64,000 nt of DNA from Craspedostauros australis (GCA_030167865.1 JALAGF010006287.1:1-64000), one strand, 5' to 3'; shown: positions 12,038 to 24,900, counted from the stretch's first letter. Numbers and translations are program-made. The notes: a model not told the origin generated them from the sequence alone.

Positions 12038-13417
12038 ATGAACTTCCGCAAGGCCACTTCCTTCATCGTCGCTGCCATCGCCATGGCCGCCCACGGCGCC
12101 ATGGCTGCGATTGGCGATGACTACATCGACGCCGTCCCTGCCACTGTCTACGAGGCCGCCGATCTCTCTCCACAGAACATGGACTACGACAAGGCCAACA
12201 AGAAGTTCATCGCTCACGGAGGATGGTACAACAACCGCCTCATCCACTACTACAAGTTCCGCATCTTCGCTCCAGGCACCTACCCAGATCTCATCAAGGG
12301 ACCACCAAACATGAGCCCAGCCTCAGATGTCCCAATCCAGAAGGTCATGATGGCAACCACCACCGGAGACTTCACCGGTGTTGTTGGAAAGCCAATCCTC
12401 GAGTTCCACACCAGCAATGGCAACTCTTATTCCGACTTCATGAACGTCAAATTCGTCATGGTTGATGATACCTATGTTGCAGACACCTTCAAGAGTGCCG
12501 GGGATGTCATCACCAGTGGCAATACCCTCAAGGAGACCGACATCATCATGAACTTCCCGGTCGTCCCAACAGGATCCTCCCTCCAGAGCCCAGTGGACAA
12601 GGCCGCAACCGCCCCCATCAAGCCCATCACCGCCTTCTACAAGGGACAGGAAGTTCAGACCTTCATCTTCGAGGTCAACAATCAGGCTGCCTTCGACTAC
12701 TTCAACCCCAAAACCCGTGATCAGCCAAACGATGCCGACTACGCCATCCCAGTCGTGACCACCTTCGCCAGCAAGACTGCCGTCACATCCATCCCACTGT
12801 GGCATGTGAACCAGTTCACCCGTGGTGTGTCCGCTGAGAAGGGCAATCAAGGCGGACCAAGCGATGCCGGTATGCGCAATCTGATCAACCTCGACCGTCC
12901 AGATGTGGGATACTCTCCATTGTGGCAGCTGTTCTGGGTCACTGAACTCCCAATCGACTACTTGGCCGATCAGATTTCTATCAACACCGAGCTTACTGCC
13001 GCCAACGGAGCCGCCTTCATTCCAACACCGATGTATGTCAACTGTCCAGATGTTGGTCCAGTCGGCACCGCCGACAACGCAGACCGCCAAGAAACACACC
13101 AGCTGAAGCTCGATCTCGCCCAGGAATCCAACTTCGTGCTTGGATCTCATGCGGACTTGCTCTTGAAAGAAGGATTGGACGTGAAGATCACCACCGAAGA
13201 TGGCACCAAGGTAGCTGAGGGAAAGACCAATATCATGGGAGCATACGAGATTGAGGTGAAGTCGTCTGACATCCCGGATGGCACCACCAAGCTCAAGGTC
13301 ATGTACGGAACCAAGGACATCCGCACGCTCGAGGTTGAAGACACCTCTTCTGATGCATCCAGCATCGCCATTGGCATGAGCATGGCCGCAGCCATGCTGG
13401 TTGGAACGCTCATGTAA
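12038..13417 (+). CDS. Secreted, probably GPI-anchored cell-surface protein with a two-fold internal repeat (459 aa)
   Basis: CCACCATG start; signal peptide MNFRKATSFIVAAIAMAAHGAMA; strong C-ending codon bias; intronless; C-terminal small residues then hydrophobic tail (SSDASSIAIGMSMAAAMLVGTLM*). Confidence 0.88.
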   Translation: MNFRKATSFIVAAIAMAAHGAMAAIGDDYIDAVPATVYEAADLSPQNMDYDKANKKFIAHGGWYNNRLIHYYKFRIFAPGTYPDLIKGPPNMSPASDVPIQKVMMATTTGDFTGVVGKPILEFHTSNGNSYSDFMNVKFVMVDDTYVADTFKSAGDVITSGNTLKETDIIMNFPVVPTGSSLQSPVDKAATAPIKPITAFYKGQEVQTFIFEVNNQAAFDYFNPKTRDQPNDADYAIPVVTTFASKTAVTSIPLWHVNQFTRGVSAEKGNQGGPSDAGMRNLINLDRPDVGYSPLWQLFWVTELPIDYLADQISINTELTAANGAAFIPTPMYVNCPDVGPVGTADNADRQETHQLKLDLAQESNFVLGSHADLLLKEGLDVKITTEDGTKVAEGKTNIMGAYEIEVKSSDIPDGTTKLKVMYGTKDIRTLEVEDTSSDASSIAIGMSMAAAMLVGTLM

Positions 13418-14060
13418 ATACATGACTTATTCGCAACATGCAGTCGATTTCTCAAGAGCGGACATTCAACAAATAATATAATAGAATCGTATTATGTACA
13501 AGCACGAGTACCATGCTCTGCACAAGGCCAATCCGAGCACAGCACGACAATAACTCATTTGGAACATCAATAGTTTTGTAACTCCAGCCCTGTTCAACCA
13601 CGACGCAGATGGGTTGTTGTCCCATGTACCCGATGACTCGTCCTGAAACAGAGAACGCTCAGATCGCACAGCCAAGATAGGCAGCACAAGCACTCACAAT
13701 AGTCAACAATCTTGTTGAGCACACTCATTGTCTCTATCAGCAAAGGCTTTGTGTGCGGAGCACGTTGAATAGGATGCATGGTCTCATCACAATCCTCATT
13801 GTCAAGTTTTTGTGAAGAACTCCGTTTTTCGGTTTCCTCTCAGTTCTGATACGCAGCGCAGCACCAGCGTAATTTTCGAATTCGCGTGGGAGAAAAGTGT
13901 GCTCTGCGATCTGCTCGACTTTGAGTAGATCGTAATCTGCTCGTGCATGCTTTGACTGCAGTTGCGATGGAATCTGATGTGTTGTGTAATTTAACGGGAT
14001 ATTCCTAACAAAGCACATTATTATTCTACTCCGGGTGGTGCTCCTCTGTGCCACTCACTA

Positions 14061-17000
14061 TTACATGATTTGGCATGGAGCTCCAAAGCATTCGCCCTTT
14101 CCTGGGCGCGAAATGAAGGCCTCGGTGTCGTCGTGGTAGTCGTACGCATTGATGGCTCGGTCTGTCTGATGCACATCACGCGTCATGGATGCTTCGGTCA
14201 CGATTTGCTTGTCTTCGTTGATGATGGAAGCGTCATCACCACTGCCGTCGGCATCATGGGCATCATCCGTTGGAGCTTTGGATGCTGGCTGGATGGTGGC
14301 CTCCGTGTCCATGACGAGCGCGGCCATTTCCGCAATGATCGAGCTTGCGCGTTCCCGTTCCTCTCGGTTTGGGGCATCAGCGGCGGAAGCAGTTTCGCTC
14401 GTGGCATCCTGGTCTTCGTCTTCGTCAACCTCTGCCTCTCCATTGGCATCCTGGCCCACGCCTGTATGGTCACGCACGATACTCTTGTCTTGCGATGTCG
14501 GCGTTGATGCCTTCATTGGTTGTTCAGACGCTTCCAAGCTTGCGCCTCGTTCGAGGACTCTTGCCAGCTCCATTTCCTCGTCGCCTTCGTCTTCTTCGGA
14601 GCTGCTGGCAATTGTCTGTGCTTGTGGCATGTCCTCCTCTTGGGTGAAAGACTGGAGCAACAGAAGCCCACGCTCAAGAGCTGCTTCCTCGTGTTCCTCG
14701 CCGCCTTGATCTTCTTCGGAGCTGCTGGCAATCGTCTGTGCTTGTGGCATGTCTTCCTCTTGAGAGAAAGTTTGGAGCAATAGGAGCCCACGCTCAAGAG
14801 CTGCTTCCTCATGCTCCTCTTCTCCAGTACTGTCAACGGCAGCCGACTCTGCTGCTGGCATGTCCGCATCCGTGTCCTGGGCGAGGCTCTCCAGCAGCAT
14901 GAGCGCACGCTCAAGCGCTGCCTCCTCGTCTTCTTCCGTCCTGGCAACCTTCAGAGCAGGCATCTTGACTTCTTGTTCCACTTCTGGTTCGGATTCATCC
15001 TCTCGTTCGACATCCGGCTGCTTCGTTTCTTGTGGTGCGAACTCGTCGGTCCCGTTGTCCGACCTTGCGTCTTCGGTCGGCACGGGCGCAGTCGGTGATT
15101 CTGCGTCATCTTCTGGCTCGGACTCTGCAGCGGATACAAAGTCCTCCAAGGAATCAGCCTCGACGTCTTGGCATGGCCTGATCTCCTCCGGCAAGTCGAG
15201 CGCACGTGCTGTGGCATCGATAATTTGCGCAGCGTCAGTGTCATGCCCGGTCTCGAGCATTTGAGAAGACTGGAATGTCTCTGTAGACTTTGAGTCGACT
15301 TCGGCGTCGCGGTCGTCGGGCCCTTCGGAGCTGACAGATGGCTCTGATTTCAAGGCATCCACAATCGCTGTCAGCTGCTCGGCTTCTGCGACGGAATCCT
15401 CGGATACGTCGTCGTCATCATCAGCTTCGCCATCGACATCATTCTCGCGGTTGTCCGGCAAAGGATCTGCGGAGTGTTGCATCGCCCCGTTAGGCATATC
15501 CATACACTCATCGCCAGGCCATGTGTCTCGCATGAGGCTTGAAGCGGATGCGGGTGAGACCGAGTCATCGTTGTCTTCGTTGTCTGCAGGTGTTGCAGAG
15601 TCAAGGAGCATGATTGAGTCGATTGCCTCCTGGTTGGGATGCTCCTTCAGCTTTGGCTCCAGCTCGGATTCTTCCACGTTCCCTTCTTCACGTTGGTCAT
15701 CCGTGGTGTCAAGAACCGCGGCCCCTGTTGCCGCAACCGCTGCAACTCCGATCAGCGCTGCTGTGTTAGCATGCTTCTCCAAACCTGCGACGTCATCGTT
15801 TTGCTTGTCGTCGCTGTCGCGAATGGTGGCTTCGTCTTCATCTTCGTCAGACTTCACGGCCAGTGGGGCATCCTGCAGAGCCATGGGCACAGCACCTTCC
15901 TCGTTCACGACTGGACGTCGCTCATCCTCTCCGGATGGAACGGTGTCCGCATCGAGAACGGGCTGGGACTCCAAGCCTTCATCGACTTGTGATGTCGCTG
16001 CTTCCATTTCAGTGGCATCGTCATCCCCATTCGCATCATCCTTGATATCCTGCCCGATATCCGATTCTGCGTCTTCGAAGATCTCGATGGAAGATGATGG
16101 CTCCAGTTCGCCCTCCAACTCAGGCCCCGAGTCTTCACCGTGGTCGAACAGTTCTCGTTGCAGAACGTCGCCCTGCTGTTCATCAACACATTCTGCCTCC
16201 TGATCCACTTCAGGTGCTTGTGGCATGCAGGCAGCGATGGCGACCTCTGATTCGGTCACAGCAACCGTCTCTGGCTGGGTGAATGACGCCGGTTGCTCGC
16301 CCAGTTCACCATCGGCTGCGACTTCGGTCTTGTCGTAGACTTTGGCTGCCGCCTCCACATCGTCCTCGAGTTCGTCGTCGGGGATCTCTTCTGCTTCAGC
16401 TTCCGCCTCCGACTTGGACAATCGCTCTGGTTGCGGCACCTCCTCACCTTCGACGGCCGATGGTGTTTCTGAGTGTTGGCTGAGATTCCTTGTCAGCATC
16501 GTTTCAGCTGCAAGGATCTCATCGTCCTGCGGTTGTGCCCACGATATGGAGTCTTGCGCAAGGCCTGGCTGACCCGTAATCGATTCTGCCTCATCCTCAT
16601 CTTCGTCTGAATCAACTGCGTCCTCCAGATGTCCCTCTGCGCCCAAGGCTCGTCCAGAGTCGAGTTCCGCTGACGACGCAAGTTCAAGCACTGCTGTTGT
16701 GGCTGCAGATGTCTTGATTGTGTCATCAAACTCTTCCATCGGTTCTTCATCCAGATCCTGATCCGCAAAGACGGGGTCTCGCACAGCTGGTTCTGAGGAG
16801 ACGTCAAATTCGCGCATGGTGATGGAGCCTTGCATGCTGTCTCGCTGTGACGCGCCAACTAACAAGTCTCGGCTCGAATCGATGTCGGCCTCATTCTGGA
16901 GATCGGATCCTGTTGTCACATCATCTGCGTCGTGTTCTTGGATTATGGCTGCGCCGGCGGCCAGGGCCGTCGCAGCACCGATGACAGCGCCGGAATCGGT

Positions 17001-20000
17001 GAAGTAATCCTCCTCCTCTTCTGGCTCGTGGCCTTCGATGCTTCCATCGTCGTAGGATTCAATGTCATTCCTGAGGATCATGTTTTCCCATGAGTGTTCG
17101 GGTTCCAGTTCGGGCTCTGAGTCCACCTCATCTGCATGGCCCAGCAGATCAGTGATGGTGATTGGATTGGATCCACGTGCGGGCACCTGATGGGACGAGG
17201 CGAACATCTCGGCGTCCTGCTCGGTTCCTGAAGTGGCTATCGATTCGTTGTCGTGCTGCGACTTCATCATCGATTCCAGGTCTGCGTCCTGCTCCAGATC
17301 GGTTTCCACTTGTCGGAAGGTTGTGCTGTGTAGCGTTTCGTCTGCCTCGTCGCGTGCTGAGATAGTTGCGAGATCAGACGCTTGCTTTGGTGCAAACGGT
17401 GGCTGAAACGATGACATGTGTGCTGATGCGAATTCCTCGACAAGGTCGTCATCTTCGTCTGGAACTTCATCAGATTCCATGCCGTCCACAAAGACGGACA
17501 GCTCTTCTCGATCAGGCATGATGACTTGGTCGATAATGATGTTGGTTTCGGCCTCTCGCTCCACCGCATGAGACTCGAGTTCGATGAGCTCGTCCGCATC
17601 TTGTTGGGACCCATTTTCGGAGACAATGTCTGCGTCGTCCATGGATGCTTCGTCTTCCTTGTCCTCGTCATCATTCTCGTCTTCGTCTATGCTCGCACTC
17701 ACGAACGCAGATTGCGTGGAAATAGACGGCTCCGGTGCTTCCTCCGGCTCGTCTTCGTCTTCCAGTTGCTCCTCGTCCTCATCCAAACTTGCACTGACAA
17801 ATGCAGATTGCATGGAGACGGAAGGCTCTGGTCCTTCCTCCGGTCCATCTTCGTCTTCCTGTTGCTCGTCGTCCTCATCCAAGCTTGCATTGACAAATGC
17901 AGATTGCATGGAAACGGATGGCTCCGGGACTTCCTCCGGTTCCTCTTCCTCCTCCTGTTGCTCCTCGTCCTCATCCAAGCTTGCATTGACATATGCAGAT
18001 TGCATGGAAACGGATGGCTCCGGGACTTCCTCCGGTCCCTCCTCCTCCTCTTGTTGCTCGTCCTCTTCATCTTCTTGTTGGTCTTCTCCTGCCACTGCGG
18101 CTGCTGCGGGGTCCGGCAGTGCCAGCGACTTGATTTCGTGCCCCAGCACCTTCTCCGGTCGCTCTTCAGCAGGTTCAGCTCCCGCCTGTGCACCTCCGCC
18201 GTCTTCCAACTCGGAGTCTTCATCAACCATCTCCTGCAGGGCTATGTCTTGCTCCTCTTCCGATGGTGCGAGATCGTACATGGTTGTTGCTGCTGACACA
18301 GCGGCCTCCAGGGGATCAGCCCGTGATTCCGTATCTGGCTCGGTCGGTGTTTCTTGTTGGTCGGGCACGGGCACGGGCGTGGACTCGGACATGACGGCGT
18401 CGGTGTCGAACGATTGGTCCATTCCCAACACGTCTGGCTCGGGCTCTTCGTCTTCTCCTCCGGCCTGTTCTGATCCCGCGGTCATCATTGTATCCGCTTC
18501 CGATGAAGCATCTGGATCAGCGGCGGACTCGGCCGTTTGTTCCGTGTCGGTGACTGGCGGAACTCCTGACACTACTTGGAAGGAGTCTGACGCCGGCTGC
18601 GTCTCCAGCACGGTCGTCTCATCCGCATCATATTGCGTGCCGCTGCTATCGTCGTCGTTTTGGTCCTGCTGTTGCAACGTTGTTGTTGCCGCTGCCTGGA
18701 GGTCCTTCGCTAGGATGGGCTCTATCGCAGCCTCGTTGTATGGCCCGGAGTCAGCGTGCTGTTGTTCTTCGTCGTTGTCTTCACTATGGAACATCGCAAG
18801 TGCAGCGAGGTGGTCAGCTGGTGCAGTTGCTGCATCAGGTGCCTGCTCCTTCTCCTGCCCTTGGTCTTCTTGTTCCTCGTCCTGTGCTGGGTTCGAGAGG
18901 CGTTCCGTCTCTGCAAGCGATTCGGACGTGGCCTCGGTCTGAGAGATGTGCTCGGGGTCGAGCTTGACGATCGCTGCCGGTGCGACAACAGCTGCTTCTT
19001 CTGGTTGTGGTTCCGCATCATCGGCTTCATTCTCGTCTTCGTCGACCTCAAACTCGATGTCGGACGTGGTTTGCGAAACAGATCTGCTGGCCAATGTCGC
19101 ATCTGCTTGTGCATCATTTGCTTCCGCTGGCTCAGCAACGAGCGATGGTGCCTGTTCGACGACTAGGTCGAGTTTGGCATCAACAGCATCAAGATCTTCT
19201 GGTCTCGCGTCAAGGTCTGCGGCCGGGTCTGAGACCAGCGGTTGTGGCTTCGTGAGTTGTTCGGTGTTTTGCTCCGAAAGTTCCTCTTCGGCTGGCATGC
19301 GGTCGAGCTTCATGACGTGCTCAGCATCCTGATGAGTTGATGCCTCTTGCACCATCTCCGTGCTGTTGCCTTGCCACTCCTCTTCCTCCTTGAGGTCAGC
19401 CAGGTGAATGTCGCTGCGAACACCATGGCCTTCTTCATCTTGATCTTGATCATCATCGTGTTCCTCCGCCTTTTCAGATTCTTCGTCCACCATGACATCG
19501 GCTCCGGTTCGCATCATGGCAGCCGTTGCAATGCCGGCTCCAAGCATCTGTGGCAGGGAGAGGGCGGAAATCTTGCGCTCCTCCTCTTCATCGCGCTCCT
19601 CCTCTCGGTTTTCCTCCTCCTCGATGACATCGACCTCCAGGTCCTGCATCCTCGATATGCTGGCGGCAGGGCTGGCGAATCCGGTTGCACGGTCCATTGC
19701 ATCCATCGCATCCGTCGGTGGGGGGTGCGGGGCGCCTTGCGGTGAGAGCTTGGTGGTGTTGACGCGCAATGGGCTCTTGTGCATGCCGGGGCTGGTATGC
19801 GCATAGTCGAATGTCCTCGGACTGCCTTGCATCCTGGGGCTTCCATGCCTCTTGGGACTGCCGTACCTGTTCGGAGTGAGCGGACTGTCCGCGCCAGTGA
19901 AACGCTGCGAACGCGGCCGGTTTTCGGGCCCGTACTGCGGGCGAGGCGAGACGTGACCGCCCCCAATGACGACACCCGTGAGGTTTTTCGGCTTGCGTTG

Positions 20001-20686
20001 ACGGTGGAAGACGCGGCGCAGCACGGCGCGCGGTGACGGGATGTAGGAGACGGTGCTGACGGTGGAGATGCTATCGTCGCAGTTCGATGTGGAATCTCCG
20101 CTGACGCTGCGAGAGCTTCCCATCATGCGGACACCACGTGGTGGACCATCGCCATTGCGAAGGGCGCGGCCCAGATGCTTCTTCGCACGGCGTTCCGAAA
20201 CCCTCCAGTTGGGATACTGCGATCCGATGATCTTGCGGATTTCGTTGACCGTTGGAACGGGAGCTTGTTCGGCGAGATCATCCCCGTTGTCCAATCGGGC
20301 GTTCTTGTACTGTTGTTAGTGGACCATCGAGATGAATGATCCACAACAATCATATTATGTGATACAATATCACGAGCATTTGGGAAAGAAACGACAGAAG
20401 AAAGAGAGAAGCGTGAGCGTCTAGGCTGGTGCATTCATTTCGAACTCCACTCCGCTCCGCTCCGCTCGACGCTCAACTCAACTCGACATAGCTGGACTGG
20501 AAATCAGGAACGTACCGTATCCAATGCACCCTGCACTGCCAACTGCAGCTGCTGCGACGTCGGCCGGATGATCTTGACACTCGCGAAGATCCCATCGATC
20601 TCGCTGTCGTGTTCCGACGGAGGGGCTGGTTCTCGGTTGGAACCGAATCCAAACCGCTTCTTCAGCTTCGGCTTCACCTTGCTCAT
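14061..20686 (-). CDS. Uncharacterised giant acidic CaaX-terminated protein, long paralog (about 2,139 aa), join(20686..20516,20309..14061)
   Basis: 2,077-codon ORF; phase-0 intron GTACGT (20515) to CTAACAACAG (20310) gives ALDT|YKNARL. D/E-rich low-complexity body. C-terminus GECFGAPCQIM*. Confidence 0.87.
14560..14935 (-). repeat. Coding tandem repeat, 120-nt/40-aa period (EEHEEAALERGLLLLQxFxQEEDMPQAQTIASSSEED), 2 near-perfect plus 2 degenerate copies
   Basis: CTTCTTCGGAGCTGCTGGCAAT recurs at 14591 and 14711. Confidence 0.85.
17670..18065 (-). repeat. Coding tandem repeat, 96-nt/32-aa unit x4 (PEEVPEPSVSMQSAFVNASLDEDEEQQEEEEE)
   Basis: Equivalent positions at 17689, 17785, 17881 and 17977. 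Confidence 0.9.
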
Positions 20687-21919
20687 GGTCACCTGTTCCT
20701 GTGGCTGTCGCTGCTTGTACTGGTCTCCTGGATGGGGGGAAGAAACTGTGCTCTGCTCTGCTCTCTTCTACTCTGCCACGGCACCACCAGAAGCAACTAG
20801 GGAGGTGGTTCCAGTCTCCTCTCCTTGGCTTTATGCGAACAGGTGGCGGAAGGAGCAACAATGCCTCTCGGTTTGTCCTTCTTCATTTTTTGATCCTCTC
20901 GAGGTGATGTGTTCGTTACGTCGCGTTTTAGCGCGTTGTTGGCTCGTTCTCGTTCTCGTTCTCCCATCAGCGGGCGCAAAGGGCGCGAAAACCGTCAAAC
21001 GAGAAAGATGCGGCTTCGCAAAGCGGGAATCTGGTGCGCAAAAACGGGATAGACGCCACGTTCGTGTGGGGGAGAAACGCTCCCTCGCGCAAAACACTGG
21101 TAACGAACCACCTGTGTGATCTTCCGTCGCGTCCTGACGAACAATCCACACATGTGCCGCGCAAAAGTACTGTGTTTATATCATTCCTTGGAATTCCATA
21201 CATGCGCCACGAGAGTATCTTTCACGCAGAATTGAGCGATGCTTTGTCCATGCTCGCTGCCAATCGAAGTCACGGACGTTAATTTGACGTTAGAAGGGGT
21301 TATCGAAGAGTGTCCCATTGTCGCCGTTTCTCACGCTCATCCAGCCGCAGATCAAGGTTCACGTCGGACTGCTGGATGCGCCATGTCCACCCATTTGTGG
21401 TAGAGCAGAACAGTGCGAGGTATGCTCCAATCTCATCATGTTACTCTCCAGGGAGCAAGATGACAGCAATGGGATGGAACACGCGAGGGGAGCAATCGTC
21501 ATGCTCTGGCGCTCTATCCTACATTGCAATCACAAGAGTGTGCAACCATCTCATGTGTCTATGATTACTGTGGTATCAATCTTGTATGGTATCCAGCAGC
21601 AGCGGTAGCGGTAGCGGCAACGGTAATGGCTCATTGATCAGTTCCAGCCTTTCCCTTTGTGGCTCGTTCTGCTCCTTTGCTTGTTGCTTGTTACTGGTCA
21701 TGCCAGTGTCTGTCTTGCCTCCGTGTTTGCTTGCGTACCCGTGCTTGGTTCCTTTCTGGCATTGCTTCATCGTGCTTAGCCGAGTAGAGTAGAGCAGGTG
21801 TGTTGCATTTCCTTCTTTGCGAGCGAGCTGCGATCATGGTCGTGGCCTGCCACCAAAGAATTCTGGTTCAGCCGGGCCCACCACCCACCATTCCAACCCT
21901 TGGAACAAACCCTGAAGGC

Positions 21920-24900
21920 TTAAAACAGCACCAGCAACTCGAGCAGAGGTGAGTTCGGATCGCCCATCAGGCTGTTCCCAGACTCGTCCTTGCTGTATGG
22001 GCCGTTCCACGTGCTCGCGCCTTGTCGCAGGCTGCGCCCCTGCGGCTTCTGAGATTTGGTCAGCTGAGAATTCTGCGTCGATGTCTGCGCCTGCGCCTTT
22101 GGCTGCGTCTGCGATTGACGAAGCTGAGACGGCTGCGATTGTGATTGTGATTGCGACTGCGCATTCGACTGCCGGGCGCCATTGGCTCCGCCAGTTCGCG
22201 TGCTTGGTACAGATGCCTGCTGCCGACCCCCTCTATGCATCAGTGAGGTCGTCGCTCCGGACGCTCCGCTCGTCTCGGCTGCGTTGGACAAGGAGAGGTA
22301 GGCTTGCGCAAAGATGCAACGGATGCTGCTCCATGCAAAGCAGCTCCTCGCCACGTTGTTGCTTTCTGCACCCTCCAAGGGATCGTAAACAACGATCGGA
22401 TCGACTGTTAGCATCCCCGTCATGGGGTCGTACGAGCCGGCCGACTTGCGCTGGATGTACGGCGACAACGGCGAATACAGCTTCCCGCCGCTGTAGTCTC
22501 GCTCGTGCTTCCCGGAGTAATCAATCGCGGTCGCCTGCGAATCAAAGTGCTGTCCGTAGAAGAGCAGAAAGTGCATCAGCAGCTTCCCGGACGTTGTTTC
22601 GCCAGAACACAGCACTTCGATCACATCGTGGAAACCCTGCGGAAAGACCAAACCGTTGTTGACCAGAGAGGCATCGAATGCTGCCGGCTGATGTCGTGGA
22701 AGCGGCGGTTTCGGAGTCTTCGATTGGGCCTGATGCGAGGACGCTGCTGCCGTTGTTGCCGCCGCGGTTGACCTGCGTCTTGCCTCCCCATCTCTCGCTG
22801 CACTTGCTTGTTGGGCGGCATGGGTTTCGGTGACGAGCTTCGGTGATTTTGAGGTGTCTGATTGATTTGGGGCTGCTGCTGTACCAGAAGTTGATGGCCT
22901 CATCGCATGTGCTTGTGCTGAGTTCGTTTGCGGCGACGACGCAGACACAGCCGGATTGGACGATGATGCTGATGCTGATGATGGTGCGAGCGGTGCATTT
23001 CCAGACATTTGTTTCTTTGAGTTTGTGAGTGTGGACTTGAAGATGGCGCTTGGCGTACTCGTACCTGGTCTTGGCTTTTCCCCAGCCTTGTTCATCTCTC
23101 TGCTGGCTCCTTCACTGGGCCGTGGCTGAGACACAGCAGAAGTAGCTGGTGCTGCAGACGTAGACTTGTCAGGCTTTGCATGAGATGGCTTCCCCATCAT
23201 CACCTTTGATGCGAAGGAACCCTTTGCGACCGCATCTGCGAATGAGTTCACCTTCTTTGGAGCAGGTTGGGCCTTATCGGCGTTTTGACCAGCAGCCGCG
23301 GATTGGTCTGCCCTCGTCTTCCCTCTAGTAGTTTGTGCGGAAGGTGCGGACTTCGATGCAGTCGGCTTCTTCGCGATGGATGCCCAGGACGAGGTAACTG
23401 GCAACACTGCTTTACCTGTTGATCTTGGCGCTCCCTTTCTTGCAACTGCCGCAGCAGTGGTAGACGCCTTTGCTGTGCCTGCTGGTCCGGTTGCGGATGA
23501 TGGCGCCGGTGTCGACTTTCTCGATTGCGCATTTTTCTGAGTAAGCTGCGCTTGGCTTGCAAACGTCTTTCCAGCCACAACACCACTAGTTCCTCGCCTC
23601 GTATCGGCTGCTGCATTTGATTTTGCTTCCACTTTCGGCTTCGTTGATGAATGTCGTGAACGCACCTGTTGAGGTTGAGGTTGAGGTTGGTGCTGTTGCT
23701 GTGTGGACAACGACGTCTGTTGTTTGCTGGATGCAGAACCTCTGGTTGCTTGCGCAGTGGCTGGTGCTGGCTTTCCCTTCGCTGGTCCTGTTGTCTGCGT
23801 CGCCGCTCCGACAGCATCAGACGCCGATGCGGCCAGTGACGAAGATGGCTTCACTTTTGCTGCCTCGCGTTGCTCCCTTGCTTGCCCAGTTGGTGCAGGG
23901 CGCACAGTCTCGGCAATTCTGTTGCTGTTGCCACTGCTGCCGTTGTTGGACGCAGCGACGGAAGCCACCGTTCGTTGGAATCCAGTTACGCTGACCCCTT
24001 CTGCCACAAGCCGTCTTTGACGCTCGACCCTTTCGAGCTCCTCCCGGATGACTGACCGTTCTCGCATCATGGAAACGACGAGCAGGAGCAAAGCGTAGCT
24101 GCTGAGACCGCCCGAAAACGGCTCGTTCAGTCTCCGTTGCGCCAACAGCTCCTTCAGTACCATCAACGTTTGAACAGCGGGGGTGTCCTCCGGTCGCAGG
24201 CCTGTTTGGATGCAAACGTCTTGCACAACTCTCGTCGAGAACTCGGTGGAGCCAATGCCACCATGCTCGGGCCCTTGGAATGTGATGTCCACCTTCAAGA
24301 GGCCATTGACGACATCCGCACCGCGCCAAACTGGCGGAGTCTGTGTGGAATGGAACAGCGATGAATGTTGATGCGAACCCGATGTTTCCAAGTGCTCACC
24401 GCCACTGCTGTGGCCTGGCGCTCCGACTTGATGGTTCACAGCACCTTCCTGCCCAACCATCCAGTTGGGTTTGCCAGTGGCGGAGGCCAGTCGCGCTGGG
24501 TCGGCGAGAATCTTCACAACAGGAACTGTCGCTGTTGGGATGGGCTTGACTTGCACTGCCCATGGTTGCGCCTCCAACTCTTGCGCCAAGCGCAGCACTC
24601 GCTCACCATTCGTCGTCAGACCCCCCATCATCATGACGGGACTCATGTGTCGATGCTGAGGAGGGTGTTGATGGTAATAGTTTTGTGTCTGCTGTTGCAT
24701 GCGATGGTGGTGATGCGAGTGATGTTGCTGCTGTTGTTGTTGCTGTTGCTGGTGCGTAGGTGAACCATCGAGCCTCTGAAAGTTCGGATTGCCGCTCTCC
24801 ACCGAGCTCGTATCAGAAGCAATTGTGCCACCTCCGGTGGCCACGGATCCGCCAGGATGATCGCTCGTCTGGCTGGATGGTACACCAGCCATATTCATGT

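Noticed and set aside
17670..18065. Regularly spaced repeats as a possible CRISPR array
   Set aside because: They are in-frame coding tandem repeats without unique spacers or cas genes, in a eukaryotic context.
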